Position numbers and translations under genes: made by a program. A stretch of DNA of 49,456 nucleotides from a virus (Duplodnaviria > Caudoviricetes). The notes below the pieces were generated by a model that was not told the DNA's origin, searched no databases, and was given only the letters and a program-made list of their open reading frames with translations. The stretch lies in IMG/VR virus record IMGVR_UViG_3300036833_000216, positions 1 to 49,456 of that record; one strand, written 5' to 3'. Of the stretch, positions 18,617 to 26,808 are shown piece after piece (position 1 is the stretch's first letter; every line of letters begins with the position of its first letter).

Positions 18617-18868
18617 ATGGCTGAAAAAAGTGTGCTCATTTGCTGTCGTGTGGCCGATATCGATCCGCCCGTGGCCAGCACCGTGGATAGCTGCAGCGAG
18701 TGTCGCAAGGCAGTGTGGCGCGCGCGGTCGTCTCCGGATACTGATTTGGTGCTCTGCATGCAATGTGGCGAAGCGCAAATCCGTGCCGATCAGGCGGCGG
18801 GCAAAGAAGTCGTATTCGAAAGACTGAGCGACGAGCAACGGAAAGAAATAGGAAAATACTATGGCTGA
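18617..18868 (+). CDS. Small Zn-finger-like protein
   Basis: CSEC...CMQC; GAGGA RBS before ATG 18617. Confidence 0.55.
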   Translation: MAEKSVLICCRVADIDPPVASTVDSCSECRKAVWRARSSPDTDLVLCMQCGEAQIRADQAAGKEVVFERLSDEQRKEIGKYYG

Positions 18869-19133
18869 AGATCACACGCTCGGCGACCAGCCGATCGAGC
18901 AGCAATATCGCGACAAGATGAAAAAGCTCGCGCATGCCCTCGATTCAATTTTGAACGACGGCGCCAAGGGCGACGACCGCAAGACCGGCTTTTGCCTGAT
19001 GGTGTTCCCGTTCGAAGCCTTTGACGGGCGCGCCAACTACATCAGCAATGCCGAGCGCGCGGACATCGTCATCTTGCTGAAAGAGCAGCTGCGGCGCTTC
19101 GAAGGCCAGCCGGAACTGAAGGGTACGGCATGA
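18861..19133 (+). CDS. Hypothetical phage protein
   Basis: GFCLMVFPF...GRANYISNAERAD; coupled on both sides. Confidence 0.7.
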   Translation: MAEDHTLGDQPIEQQYRDKMKKLAHALDSILNDGAKGDDRKTGFCLMVFPFEAFDGRANYISNAERADIVILLKEQLRRFEGQPELKGTA

Positions 19134-19630
19134 GCGACGAACTGCACGCCGAGCTGCGGGGAATGATCAAGCGCGCGTCGGAATGGGCGGGCGAGCATTT
19201 TGACAAGCATGGCGAGATTTCCGGCATGTGGCATGCGGTGTGCGTCGACGGTCAGGAATTCGCCATCGATCATCCGCGCGGTAGTAAGGATTTCGCCGCC
19301 GACATAGTGCGCGTGCTATTCCGCGCAGCCAACGTGGTCCGCTGCATTTATATTGATGAGGCGTGGCTCGCGTACCTGACCGGTGACGAAGCCGATGCGG
19401 TCGAGCGCCGTCTTGCCGCTGGTGGCACACTGGAAACACAGCCGGGTCGGCAAGAGGTGGTGGCATTCACCGGCGAGGATCAATATGGCTCACTCACTGC
19501 GCATCGGCCGATCGAAAGACCCGCGAACGGCAAGCCCTATCTCGGCCCATTAACGATTGATGTGCCAATGTCGGTTTCGCGTGGGCGCTTGGTGGGCGTG
19601 CTGCCACGACGTGGACAAACCGCGCATTAA
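19130..19630 (+). CDS. Hypothetical phage protein
   Basis: 166 aa with YIDEAW...PGRQEVV motif; ATGA coupling. Confidence 0.65.
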   Translation: MSDELHAELRGMIKRASEWAGEHFDKHGEISGMWHAVCVDGQEFAIDHPRGSKDFAADIVRVLFRAANVVRCIYIDEAWLAYLTGDEADAVERRLAAGGTLETQPGRQEVVAFTGEDQYGSLTAHRPIERPANGKPYLGPLTIDVPMSVSRGRLVGVLPRRGQTAH

Positions 19631-19815
19631 GCTTGACTTGTCCGGCATCGTTAGGCGAACTTACGCGCCACGAGGACTAAACGACGCCAACGGCGTTCGA
19701 CCGTGTTATCAGATCTTCACGTGTGAATCGGAATTCCTTGCGGGGCGACCCGAGAGGATGTTTGCGTAGCTGAACTTGTTGACCCGACCTAAACGCAACA
19801 CGCAGGAGTATCCAA

Positions 19816-20454
19816 ATGCAATCTTTTATGGCCTTGATTACTCCACTTGGAGGGGGTGGCGGTGGGCCCGTCGATCCTGGCTACGGCGTGCCGGGCTGGC
19901 CGTCGCATCCGATCGCACCGGGTGGCCCGCCGCCGGGCATTTGGCCGAGCCCCGGCCATCCGTCGCATCCAATCGCCCCCGGCGGCCCCCCGCCATGGGT
20001 GTCGCATCCGATCCCGCCCGGTGTGTGGCCGTCGCCTCCGGGGCAAGGCCCTGTTGATCCAGGGTACGGCGTGCCGGGCTGGCCGTCGCATCCGATCGCA
20101 CCGGGTGGCCCGCCGCCGGGCATTTGGCCGAGCCCCGGCCATCCGTCGCATCCGATCGCCCCCGGTGGCCAGCCTCCTGGCATTTGGGGCGGCGGCAATC
20201 AGCCGTTCCCCACACCGCCGATCTATATCCCGCTTCCTCCAGGTGAGCAGCCACCGGAGCCCGGTGATGGTCTATCGCCAACGCATCCGATCGTGATCCC
20301 GCCGCCTCCTGGTACGCCGGATACAGGTGACAAGGCGTTGGTACATGTCTACGTCGTTGGTGTTGGTGGTGTTTGGTTCCTAATCCAGCCACCTCCGCCT
20401 GCGCCGACGCATCCGATCGCTGAACAGCCTCCGGGACAACCGAAGCCGAGCTGA
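19816..20454 (+). CDS. Pro/Gly/His-rich repeat protein
   Basis: Strong RBS AGGAG; seven [S/T]HPI motifs; variation at codon third positions supports this frame; own terminator. Confidence 0.8.
   Translation: MQSFMALITPLGGGGGGPVDPGYGVPGWPSHPIAPGGPPPGIWPSPGHPSHPIAPGGPPPWVSHPIPPGVWPSPPGQGPVDPGYGVPGWPSHPIAPGGPPPGIWPSPGHPSHPIAPGGQPPGIWGGGNQPFPTPPIYIPLPPGEQPPEPGDGLSPTHPIVIPPPPGTPDTGDKALVHVYVVGVGGVWFLIQPPPPAPTHPIAEQPPGQPKPS
19868..20169 (+). repeat. Near-identical direct repeat of about 120 bp (offset 183 bp) inside the Pro-rich gene
   Basis: PVDPGYGVPGWPSHPIAPGGPPPGIWPSPGHPSHPIAPGG encoded twice; TACGGCGTGCCGGGCTGG... starts at 19882 and 20065. Confidence 0.9.
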
Positions 20455-20465
20455 TAAATGCTGAT

Positions 20466-20506
20466 CTCCGCGCCGGTGGTTTGAGCTGGCGCGGAGCTTT
20501 CCTTTC
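20466..20506 (+). terminator. Probable intrinsic terminator
   Basis: CTCCGCGCCGG-loop-CTGGCGCGGAG followed by CTTTCCTTT. Confidence 0.65.
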
Positions 20507-20527
20507 ACCCACCACTGCGAGGACATC

Positions 20528-21007
20528 ATGAACAAGCCACTGACGAACGACGAACTGCAGAAGATCGCGGTTGACTATCCGCCGCCGCCGCTGAGCATGC
20601 TCGACCGGCTGCTGCGATGGGCTGACTTAATCGACGCGCATCAGAAGCAGCTGAGACCTGTGCATGAAATCGAATACTGGTCGAGGCGCATGCTGGCGAC
20701 CGCCGCGTCGGTCGGTACGGCGTTCGACCTCGCCGCCTCCGATCCGCAGCTCAAGGCTGCTGGTCTGATCAGTTCAGCGCCGACCGATATCATGCGCTTT
20801 TTCGAAATGCACATGAGCGCGTTGCATTACATCACCTGCGATTGCGGCGGCTACATCAGCAATGCTCATATGGCCGACCGTATCCGTACATACGCACGGA
20901 CGTTCCATGGACCAGTCGATATCGCTCCACCGATCCGCGAACTAAGGCTGCATGGCCCGACCGGCGCGACCGGCCCGGCCGGTGAAACCGGCGAGATCCG
21001 CTTCTAA
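20528..21007 (+). CDS. Hypothetical protein
   Basis: GAGGA RBS; LHYITCDC motif; short collagen-like tail GPTGATGPAGETG. Confidence 0.65.
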   Translation: MNKPLTNDELQKIAVDYPPPPLSMLDRLLRWADLIDAHQKQLRPVHEIEYWSRRMLATAASVGTAFDLAASDPQLKAAGLISSAPTDIMRFFEMHMSALHYITCDCGGYISNAHMADRIRTYARTFHGPVDIAPPIRELRLHGPTGATGPAGETGEIRF

Positions 21008-21016
21008 CCACACGGC

Positions 21017-21056
21017 ACTCGGCGCCAGTTCGTCTTTGAGCTGGCGCCGAGTTTTC
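21017..21056 (+). terminator. Hairpin/terminator
   Basis: ACTCGGCGCCAGTTC-GTCTTT-GAGCTGGCGCCGAGT then TTTC. Confidence 0.7.
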
Positions 21057-21071
21057 TAAAAGAACAACAAT

Positions 21072-21329
21072 ATGAAAAGTTTTTACATTCAGCTGCTTGC
21101 CCGGCTCGACATTGAGATCGAAGCCGAAAGCGAGGAAGCCGCCCGACGACTGATCGATGACGCGTTCCGCGTCGATCGCATCGATGATCCGCTCAACCAC
21201 ACCAATATCAAGCTACACTGGCCATTGAGCACCAGTTTCCTGCAAAAACAGATGGCGCGCGCACATGTGCTCGGCGCCGTCGGCGAGGCACCGTGCGAGA
21301 TCGTGGAAAGTTTCGAGCAGCCAGCATGA
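21072..21329 (+). CDS. Hypothetical protein
   Basis: 85-aa ORF (IEIEAESEEAAR motif), ATGA-coupled to the next gene. Confidence 0.55.
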   Translation: MKSFYIQLLARLDIEIEAESEEAARRLIDDAFRVDRIDDPLNHTNIKLHWPLSTSFLQKQMARAHVLGAVGEAPCEIVESFEQPA

Positions 21330-21526
21330 AGTTTACCGCCATCGCGCTCGGGCTCGGCCTCGTATTGAGCAGCTGCACCGGCGATCGTACCAAGATCGAG
21401 GGCAGCACCCGCGAGATCGACGTCGCCCCTATGTCGCGCGACGCCGAGCGCCAACACATTATCGAGCAGGGCCAGGACTTCTGCGTCCGCTACAAGGATG
21501 ATGCGGCGTGCAAGCCGCGGCGCTGA
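21326..21526 (+). CDS. Small lipoprotein
   Basis: MKFTAIALGLGLVLSSC: signal peptide with lipobox; C-terminal C...C. Confidence 0.7.
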   Translation: MKFTAIALGLGLVLSSCTGDRTKIEGSTREIDVAPMSRDAERQHIIEQGQDFCVRYKDDAACKPRR

Positions 21527-21537
21527 GGATCGAAGCA

Positions 21538-22059
21538 ATGGCAGATGACGATCTGGTTTATTGGCGCGTCGGCGACGATTTTGATGGCCCGCTCGACAAG
21601 GCGCGCGCCGCCGTGGATGCCGCGGGCGAGCAGATTGACGCCGCGTTCAATGTGCTGTCCGAGGAACTAGAACAAGTCGTCAGTAGCAATGTCAAAGAAG
21701 CACTGTTCGACTATCTCGGCGAGGCTAGTTTCGCCATCGATTACCGTGTCGGCGGCTCGCCTATTATCAGCTTGACCGGCGTGTACCACGACTTCAACGC
21801 ACCGATGCCGAAAGGGATCTCACGCGATCTCGGCGACTTGCTGTTCGCGCTATGTCACAGCTGGGAGGAGGAACAGCCTGATCATCCGATGGCGGACTTG
21901 GCGCGCGCTTTGCTGGCGGCGTATCATGAATGGCGGGCGCAGCGTATCGCTGACGATCGCTACGCGCGCATCCCCGAGCCAGCCATTGATGAGGACGGCG
22001 AGCCGGTGAAGCGCGAGCCGATTCCTAACGATTATCGCGAGCGTGAAAAAGAAGGATGA
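21538..22059 (+). CDS. Hypothetical acidic protein
   Basis: GAGGA RBS; 173-aa ORF. Confidence 0.6.
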   Translation: MADDDLVYWRVGDDFDGPLDKARAAVDAAGEQIDAAFNVLSEELEQVVSSNVKEALFDYLGEASFAIDYRVGGSPIISLTGVYHDFNAPMPKGISRDLGDLLFALCHSWEEEQPDHPMADLARALLAAYHEWRAQRIADDRYARIPEPAIDEDGEPVKREPIPNDYREREKEG

Positions 22060-22277
22060 TGACTGCCATGGCGACCGAACAGACCGAACTGCAGCGGATC
22101 TTGGAAGACATCAACCGCGTCATCGAACCATCGGCGATGAGCAAAAAAGAGGCGGTGGAATTTCTCGAACAACTGATCAGCGAATGCGAGAGCCAATGCG
22201 AGGCACTGCAGGAGGAGCTGGATGGCGAAGACGACGAAGAAGAGGACGACGAAGGCGAAGACGAAAAGGCCGGTTAA
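22056..22277 (+). CDS. Small highly acidic protein
   Basis: MSKKEAVEFLEQL helix and D/E-rich tail. Confidence 0.6.
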   Translation: MMTAMATEQTELQRILEDINRVIEPSAMSKKEAVEFLEQLISECESQCEALQEELDGEDDEEEDDEGEDEKAG

Positions 22278-22542
22278 GCGCAGCCGCAAGCCGGTCCAAC
22301 CGCACATCGTTGGAGACGTCGCAATGGCGATTGACCGCCACCTCAACGGCGACGGCCCGCCGGGCACCAAGTTTATCCTGGTTCTTTGGGGAGGGCGCTG
22401 GGACCTCGGCGCCGTGCTGAGCAATGGCAGCTATCGCTTGCCACATGGCGGCAAGGGGTGGGACAGCGTCACGGAGCTGGTGGAACACGCCAAAGCATTC
22501 GTGTACGAACGCGAGGTCAGCTATCCGCTACCCGGTCGATGA
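22222..22542 (+). CDS. Hypothetical protein with basic N-terminus
   Basis: AGGAG RBS; overlaps the acidic ORF in another frame. Confidence 0.5.
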   Translation: MAKTTKKRTTKAKTKRPVKRSRKPVQPHIVGDVAMAIDRHLNGDGPPGTKFILVLWGGRWDLGAVLSNGSYRLPHGGKGWDSVTELVEHAKAFVYEREVSYPLPGR

Positions 22543-22623
22543 AATTCCCGACGCGGTGTGATAGACCGTTGTTGGTGGCGTCTCAGGTATCGATTTGTCC
22601 TCGGCCTGATCGAGGCCGCCAAG

Positions 22624-22660
22624 GGGGCGCCGGAGCAATCCGGCGTCCTTTTTATTTTTG
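22624..22660 (+). terminator. Terminator at the convergence of the + and - gene blocks
   Basis: GGGCGCCGGA-GCAA-TCCGGCGTCC followed by TTTTTATTTTT. Confidence 0.8.
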
Positions 22661-23101
22661 TCAGTCGTCCTCTTCCATTCGGTCGGCGATCCGTTTGAGC
22701 TTCTTGGCCCAGTATGCGAAATGCGCCGCATCGTCACTGCCGTCTTTGCGTTTGCGCGCATCTGCTGCCAACTCTCGATAAAGCTCGGCGGCGTCGCGCC
22801 GCAGGTACTGTTTGAAGGCCTCGAACGAGTCGAATACGACGACGTTCTCAAAGTATCTGTGTTCGATCTTGCCGTCGGGACGGATCAGCGCGTAGCGCGG
22901 GCCCTCTTCAACACCGGACGTCGTGATCGGATAGGGTCCGTGATATCGCCAATACTCCGATCTAATCATAAATCCGAGCACGGGCTCGGGTTCGGAAAGT
23001 CGGGTCTCGACGGGTTCAGTTTCGTTCTCGTCTATCCGGATCAGTTGGAAGTCCTGCACCGGAAAAGCAGCAAGCATGCCGGGTTGATTTGTTTCGGGCA
23101 T
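22661..23101 (-). CDS. Hypothetical protein
   Basis: 146-aa ORF, last gene of the leftward block. Confidence 0.6.
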   Translation of the reverse strand: MPETNQPGMLAAFPVQDFQLIRIDENETEPVETRLSEPEPVLGFMIRSEYWRYHGPYPITTSGVEEGPRYALIRPDGKIEHRYFENVVVFDSFEAFKQYLRRDAAELYRELAADARKRKDGSDDAAHFAYWAKKLKRIADRMEEDD

Positions 23102-23104
23102 AAT

Positions 23105-23530
23105 TCACTTCCGCCCGTTTGGGTGCGCCCGTAACCACTCCCCGAGACGGCCGCAAAAATGCTCGTCAGGATGCGCGTCGCAAAACGCAAGAATGTCCTG
23201 CTCGATGTTCGCTTTATCTTGCTGCTCGCGCTTCGAAAGGCGCGGCGGCGGATCGGCTTGGCGCGGAGTCGGATCGACTCTAGGCGGCGGATCAACGCGC
23301 AGCGGTGGCGGTGGCGCGACCACGGGGCGCGGCGCGGGCGGAATGGCAAGCGGTGGCGGAATGATCACCACCGGCGGCGACGTCGGCACGATCGGCGGCC
23401 GGAAGTAGGGCGAGCTGGTGCAGCCATAGATGTTGCAATAGAGCACACCGCCACCGAACGCGGGCGGCGGCGCGATGCCAATACCACCCAGCAACGCACC
23501 AGCGATCAGCGGCGCAATGTTAATTCCCAT
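23105..23530 (-). CDS. Putative secreted Pro-rich protein
   Basis: Hydrophobic N-terminus, CNIYGC, long PPVVIIPPP region, C-terminal FC..HP...FC. Confidence 0.6.
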   Translation of the reverse strand: MGINIAPLIAGALLGGIGIAPPPAFGGGVLYCNIYGCTSSPYFRPPIVPTSPPVVIIPPPLAIPPAPRPVVAPPPPLRVDPPPRVDPTPRQADPPPRLSKREQQDKANIEQDILAFCDAHPDEHFCGRLGEWLRAHPNGRK

Positions 23531-23780
23531 GGTCGCTGTCCTCTTGCGGCTGTTGCAGCGCGACGCGACCTTTGTCGGTGATCTTCACCCACTGGATTTT
23601 CCAGTTCCAGGGCGGCCGGATGGTGCGCAGCTCGGGGCGGATGAAATCGCGCACCACGAGCTTGTAGAGCGTTGCCGGTTTGACGTTGTGATTGCAGCAC
23701 AGATTGTGTTCGGTGGCGCCGGATGGGCATCCGTCCAAGATAGTGAGCACGGCGCGCTCGGCGGGGTTGATGTTGGTCAT
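23520..23780 (-). CDS. Small winged-helix-like protein
   Basis: TLYKLV.R.FI...VKITDKGR.AL wing motif. Confidence 0.5.
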   Translation of the reverse strand: MTNINPAERAVLTILDGCPSGATEHNLCCNHNVKPATLYKLVVRDFIRPELRTIRPPWNWKIQWVKITDKGRVALQQPQEDSDHGN

Positions 23781-23783
23781 TGA

Positions 23784-24161
23784 TCAAGCTCCGCACGGCA
23801 GCGGCACGAGATACGGCGCGAACATCCAGCCGGAGGTGACCGGCCCGACGACGACGTGCAACCAATTGCTACCGTTGCCGCCGTCGATCAGCACCCGCGT
23901 TCCCGGCCAGTAGGAGGCCAGCACCGGCCCGTTCGGCCAGCTGCGCAGATTGAGCAGGCCGCCATAGGAGACCGCGGCGCAGGCGGGCGGTGGTGCGATC
24001 ACTGGCTGTGCGATGACGATCGGCGCGGGCTCCACGACCACCGGCGGCGGCTGCACCACGATCGGTGGGGGTTGAACTACGACCGGTTGCACGATCAGTT
24101 GCGCATGCGCCGGGGTGAGCGCGGCCGCCAGCGTTGCCGCGGCCACGAATTGCTTCCACAT
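23784..24161 (-). CDS. Secreted SH3b-domain protein
   Basis: Signal peptide ...PAHA|Q, Pro/Val linker, LNLRSWP.GPVL....PGTRV.I....NWLHV....SGWMFAPYL. Confidence 0.8.
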   Translation of the reverse strand: MWKQFVAAATLAAALTPAHAQLIVQPVVVQPPPIVVQPPPVVVEPAPIVIAQPVIAPPPACAAVSYGGLLNLRSWPNGPVLASYWPGTRVLIDGGNGSNWLHVVVGPVTSGWMFAPYLVPLPCGA

Positions 24162-24342
24162 TTGGTTTTTGTCCTCGTTGTTGATTTTACCCGAACAGGC
24201 GCCCGATGAACGCGAACAGATCCAAGATCGCGAACAGCCCGCCCCATGTGAATTTCCCTTGCTCCGGCTTTTTGGGTCGGTTCGGATCGGCGCGGTAATT
24301 CTCGCTGAGCTGCTGTAAGGGCGACTTGCGCATTGGTTGGGT

Positions 24343-24630
24343 TCAGTTTGGTTGGGGTGGCCAGAGTTGTCCCCACATGACGGTCCACGTCACGTCCGGA
24401 AGGTCATTATGTTCAGTTTTGATCCAGCGACAGGATTGATTGGTGCCAACGGGATGCACGCAAAGCTTGACCAGATTACAGCTGCCCGTGACCTTGACGA
24501 TTTCGAAGACCGGGCCGGTGTCGTAACGGAACTGATCGCCGACCAGTGGCGGTGCACACGCATGTGCCGCACCAGATGCCGCGACAAGGCAAGCCGCAGC
24601 GAGCATTCCAACTGCCAAGTGCTTGATCAT
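24343..24630 (-). CDS. Putative secreted Cys-containing protein
   Basis: MIKHLAVGMLAAACLVAASGAAHA|C signal peptide; directly after the palindromic promoter at 24656. Confidence 0.6.
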   Translation of the reverse strand: MIKHLAVGMLAAACLVAASGAAHACAPPLVGDQFRYDTGPVFEIVKVTGSCNLVKLCVHPVGTNQSCRWIKTEHNDLPDVTWTVMWGQLWPPQPN

Positions 24631-24655
24631 TTTGTCCTCGTTTCCTACACCTCTA

Positions 24656-24683
24656 ATATAGGGCATGCCGCCCTATATGCAAG
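24656..24683 (-). promoter_or_regulatory. Early-type promoter with TAGGGC-N5-GCCCTA operator (copy 1)
   Basis: Minus strand CTTGCATATAGGGCGGCATGCCCTATAT; perfect 9-bp inverted repeat. Confidence 0.75.
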
Positions 24684-24706
24684 ATGTGCACGATGCGGCA
24701 CTTCGG

Positions 24707-25276
24707 TTACCGCCAGCGATCGCTCCGCGGTGCGCTGGTAGTGCCGAGCACATTGCCGCGCGCGTCGTAGTCTTTGGTGGTGTTGCCGATTGTCGTCGAG
24801 GTGCCGCGGCTGTTGCCGCGCGCGTCAAAGAACCGGCTCGAGCCGTCGCCCAGCGGCACGATCGTGCCAAGGCTGCGGCCGTCCGGGCCATAGGCGCGGC
24901 TTTGCTCCGCAGCCATCGCGGTCGAGATCATGAGCGTTGCAACGAGCGCGGCGAGCACGCCAGCCAGGATAAGCCAGCCGCGCATGTCGTACGCCGCCGC
25001 CGTGTCGATCGACACCGGCGCCTGCACTGGCGCGGCCACCGACCGGATCGGTTTGACATTGCTCCAGTCGACCGACCGCCAGTCCAGCTCCTCGCGTGGA
25101 GCTGGCCGCCGGGTTTGTTGTCCTTTCGGCCCAAGTGCGAGCAACAGTAGGAACGTGATCAGTGGCGAGACGATAAACGAAAGCACGGCCCAGCCAGCGC
25201 CATCGCGATTGAACTTGCGGCTTGCGGCAATGCCGACGATGACGCTGAGCGTCATCCAGGTCAGAAAAATAAGCAT
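24707..25276 (-). CDS. Membrane protein with C-terminal beta-hairpin repeats (YGPDG, FDARGN, YDARGN)
   Basis: N-terminal TMs (R..AGWAVLSFIVSPLI..LLLLAL), a third hydrophobic segment, then repeats. Confidence 0.65.
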   Translation of the reverse strand: MLIFLTWMTLSVIVGIAASRKFNRDGAGWAVLSFIVSPLITFLLLLALGPKGQQTRRPAPREELDWRSVDWSNVKPIRSVAAPVQAPVSIDTAAAYDMRGWLILAGVLAALVATLMISTAMAAEQSRAYGPDGRSLGTIVPLGDGSSRFFDARGNSRGTSTTIGNTTKDYDARGNVLGTTSAPRSDRWR

Positions 25277-25300
25277 GTTGTCCTCGTTTGGTTTGATGTT

Positions 25301-25387
25301 TCAGGCGTGATTGCTCAGCGCTAGCACTAGCATCATGGTCGCCAGCACCAGCGCCAGAATGACCCACCAGCGTGGTTGATCGAGCAT
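25301..25387 (-). CDS. 28-aa single-TM peptide (not in the ORF track)
   Basis: MLDQPRWWVILALVLATMMLVLALSNHA fills the gap between two genes. Confidence 0.45.
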   Translation of the reverse strand: MLDQPRWWVILALVLATMMLVLALSNHA

Positions 25388-25390
25388 TCG

Positions 25391-25582
25391 CTACGCTCGG
25401 TTCTCGAGCTGGCGCAATCGTTCCAATACATCCATGCGGATCGTGTCATCCAAGCGTTCGATTGCGCCGCCTTGGATCTGGACTTGATCGCGCAGTAATC
25501 GCATTTCGTTGCGCACATGACGCAACTCCAACAGCACGCGCTCAAGCTGGCGAGAGATGAACGCGAGATCAGGTTCGGTCAT
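25391..25582 (-). CDS. Small coiled-coil protein
   Basis: MTEPDLAFISRQLERVL.ELR..R; AAGGA RBS. Confidence 0.55.
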   Translation of the reverse strand: MTEPDLAFISRQLERVLLELRHVRNEMRLLRDQVQIQGGAIERLDDTIRMDVLERLRQLENRA

Positions 25583-25609
25583 CGCCCTTGTCCTTTGCAC
25601 GCCGGGTCC

Positions 25610-25861
25610 TCAGTGCTGAACTTCGCATTCATGGATCGTGAAATACTCGCGTCCATCAAGCGCATCGAAGTACGCGTCGGCCAGTTCTTTCGGATCGGCC
25701 GGACGCGTGCGGGTGTTACCGATTTCGCGGTCCCACCCTTCATCGGCAATGAGCTGGCGTGCCGTTTCCGCCGCTTGCGCACTGGCATAGACGGCAACAT
25801 TGCTGCCGTGCTTGTGCTCGTAAAGGCCCACATAAACCTTCATCGCGCGAATTTTCCGCAT
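25610..25861 (-). CDS. Hypothetical protein
   Basis: YEHKHG motif; closely follows the upstream gene. Confidence 0.55.
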   Translation of the reverse strand: MRKIRAMKVYVGLYEHKHGSNVAVYASAQAAETARQLIADEGWDREIGNTRTRPADPKELADAYFDALDGREYFTIHECEVQH

Positions 25862-25862
25862 C

Positions 25863-26180
25863 TCAGCGCACTCCAGTCCAGCGCACCCGACCGGTGCCGT
25901 TGTGTTCGTCGTAGACGTTGCCGCGCGCGCCCTTGGCGGGCCGCTTCCAGCCGTCCGGCTTCAATACGTCGCCGGTGGTGGTGTCGACGAACGCCCAGGC
26001 GTGACGCTGGCCGGGGCTGGCGGCAATGATGCGGATGTAACGCTTGCCCGGCTCAGCCTCGAGCTTGGGCGGGTTACCGATGACGCCGTCCTGAAACGCG
26101 GCGTAATCTTTGTTGGCGCGTTCCTGCGCCTTCGCGAGGAAGGCGGCGAACGCTTTTTCGAACTCACTCACGGATGACAT
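25863..26180 (-). CDS. Conserved small phage early protein
   Basis: GKRYIRII...HAWAFVD..TGDVLKP.GWK.PAKGARGNV recurrent phage motif; GAGGA RBS. Confidence 0.7.
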   Translation of the reverse strand: MSSVSEFEKAFAAFLAKAQERANKDYAAFQDGVIGNPPKLEAEPGKRYIRIIAASPGQRHAWAFVDTTTGDVLKPDGWKRPAKGARGNVYDEHNGTGRVRWTGVR

Positions 26181-26205
26181 GTCCTCGATTGTTGTTGGTG
26201 ACCGT

Positions 26206-26721
26206 TTAACTCGGGCCGGTCCCATCACCCGTTTGGATCACCTCGGGAATCGTTTTCGGCGGCACCCAGGCGGCTAGGCGTTTTTGCATAAATTCGATAT
26301 CGGATTCCGCGCCCTTGATGTTTTGCTCCAGCGTCGAAACCGCATTCCAGAATGCTTGCTCGTACCGCTCATGGAGACTGTAGCTGCCCGGGCGCTTGCC
26401 GTAGCCGTCGAAACCTTCCGGACGCGGCGCCTTGCATTCTTTTACGGCGCGTCCCCAGGCGTCGCGGCGTGACACGTCGAATTCCGCCGGTGGTTTGGCG
26501 CGAAGCATCGTGAGCGTGACGACCGTATTGTTGCGGTAGGCCATCGCGCGTTCGATCGCTCGCGGCAAGGCATCGCTGGCCACCTCGTACGGGCGCCAGC
26601 GGGCGCCGAAACATGAGGCGGTCTGCCAGCCTTGGCCGGGCCGCCGGTAGCCGTGATGCGCGATCAAGCCGGTCGTGGCTTGGATGGCTCGCCCGCAGAT
26701 TTGGCAATGATGTACTGACAC
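26206..26721 (-). CDS. Zn-finger-containing hypothetical protein
   Basis: CQICGR...IAHHGY.RPG.GWQTASC.G; GTG after GAGGACAAA. Confidence 0.65.
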   Translation of the reverse strand: MSVHHCQICGRAIQATTGLIAHHGYRRPGQGWQTASCFGARWRPYEVASDALPRAIERAMAYRNNTVVTLTMLRAKPPAEFDVSRRDAWGRAVKECKAPRPEGFDGYGKRPGSYSLHERYEQAFWNAVSTLEQNIKGAESDIEFMQKRLAAWVPPKTIPEVIQTGDGTGPS

Positions 26722-26750
26722 GGTTTTGTCCTCGGTTCTCTCTCTCACAG

Positions 26751-26784
26751 CTTGCATATAGGGCGCGGCGCCCTAGTACGCAAG
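26751..26784 (-). promoter_or_regulatory. Early-type promoter with TAGGGC-N5-GCCCTA operator (copy 2)
   Basis: CTTGCATATAGGGCGCGGCGCCCTAGTACGCAAG, almost fully palindromic. Confidence 0.75.
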
Positions 26785-26808
26785 CCATGCATGGTGCGGC
26801 AGTTTAGC

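Noticed and set aside
19700-19760. TTATCAGA...AATTCC...GATG as a SAM-I riboswitch
   Set aside because: The core P2/P3 elements (GAGGGA..GCCC, GCAACC, GGTGC) are absent; kept only as an unknown structured-RNA candidate.
19868-20169. Repeats as a CRISPR array
   Set aside because: They are coding repeats with synonymous variation, no unique equal-length spacers and no cas genes.
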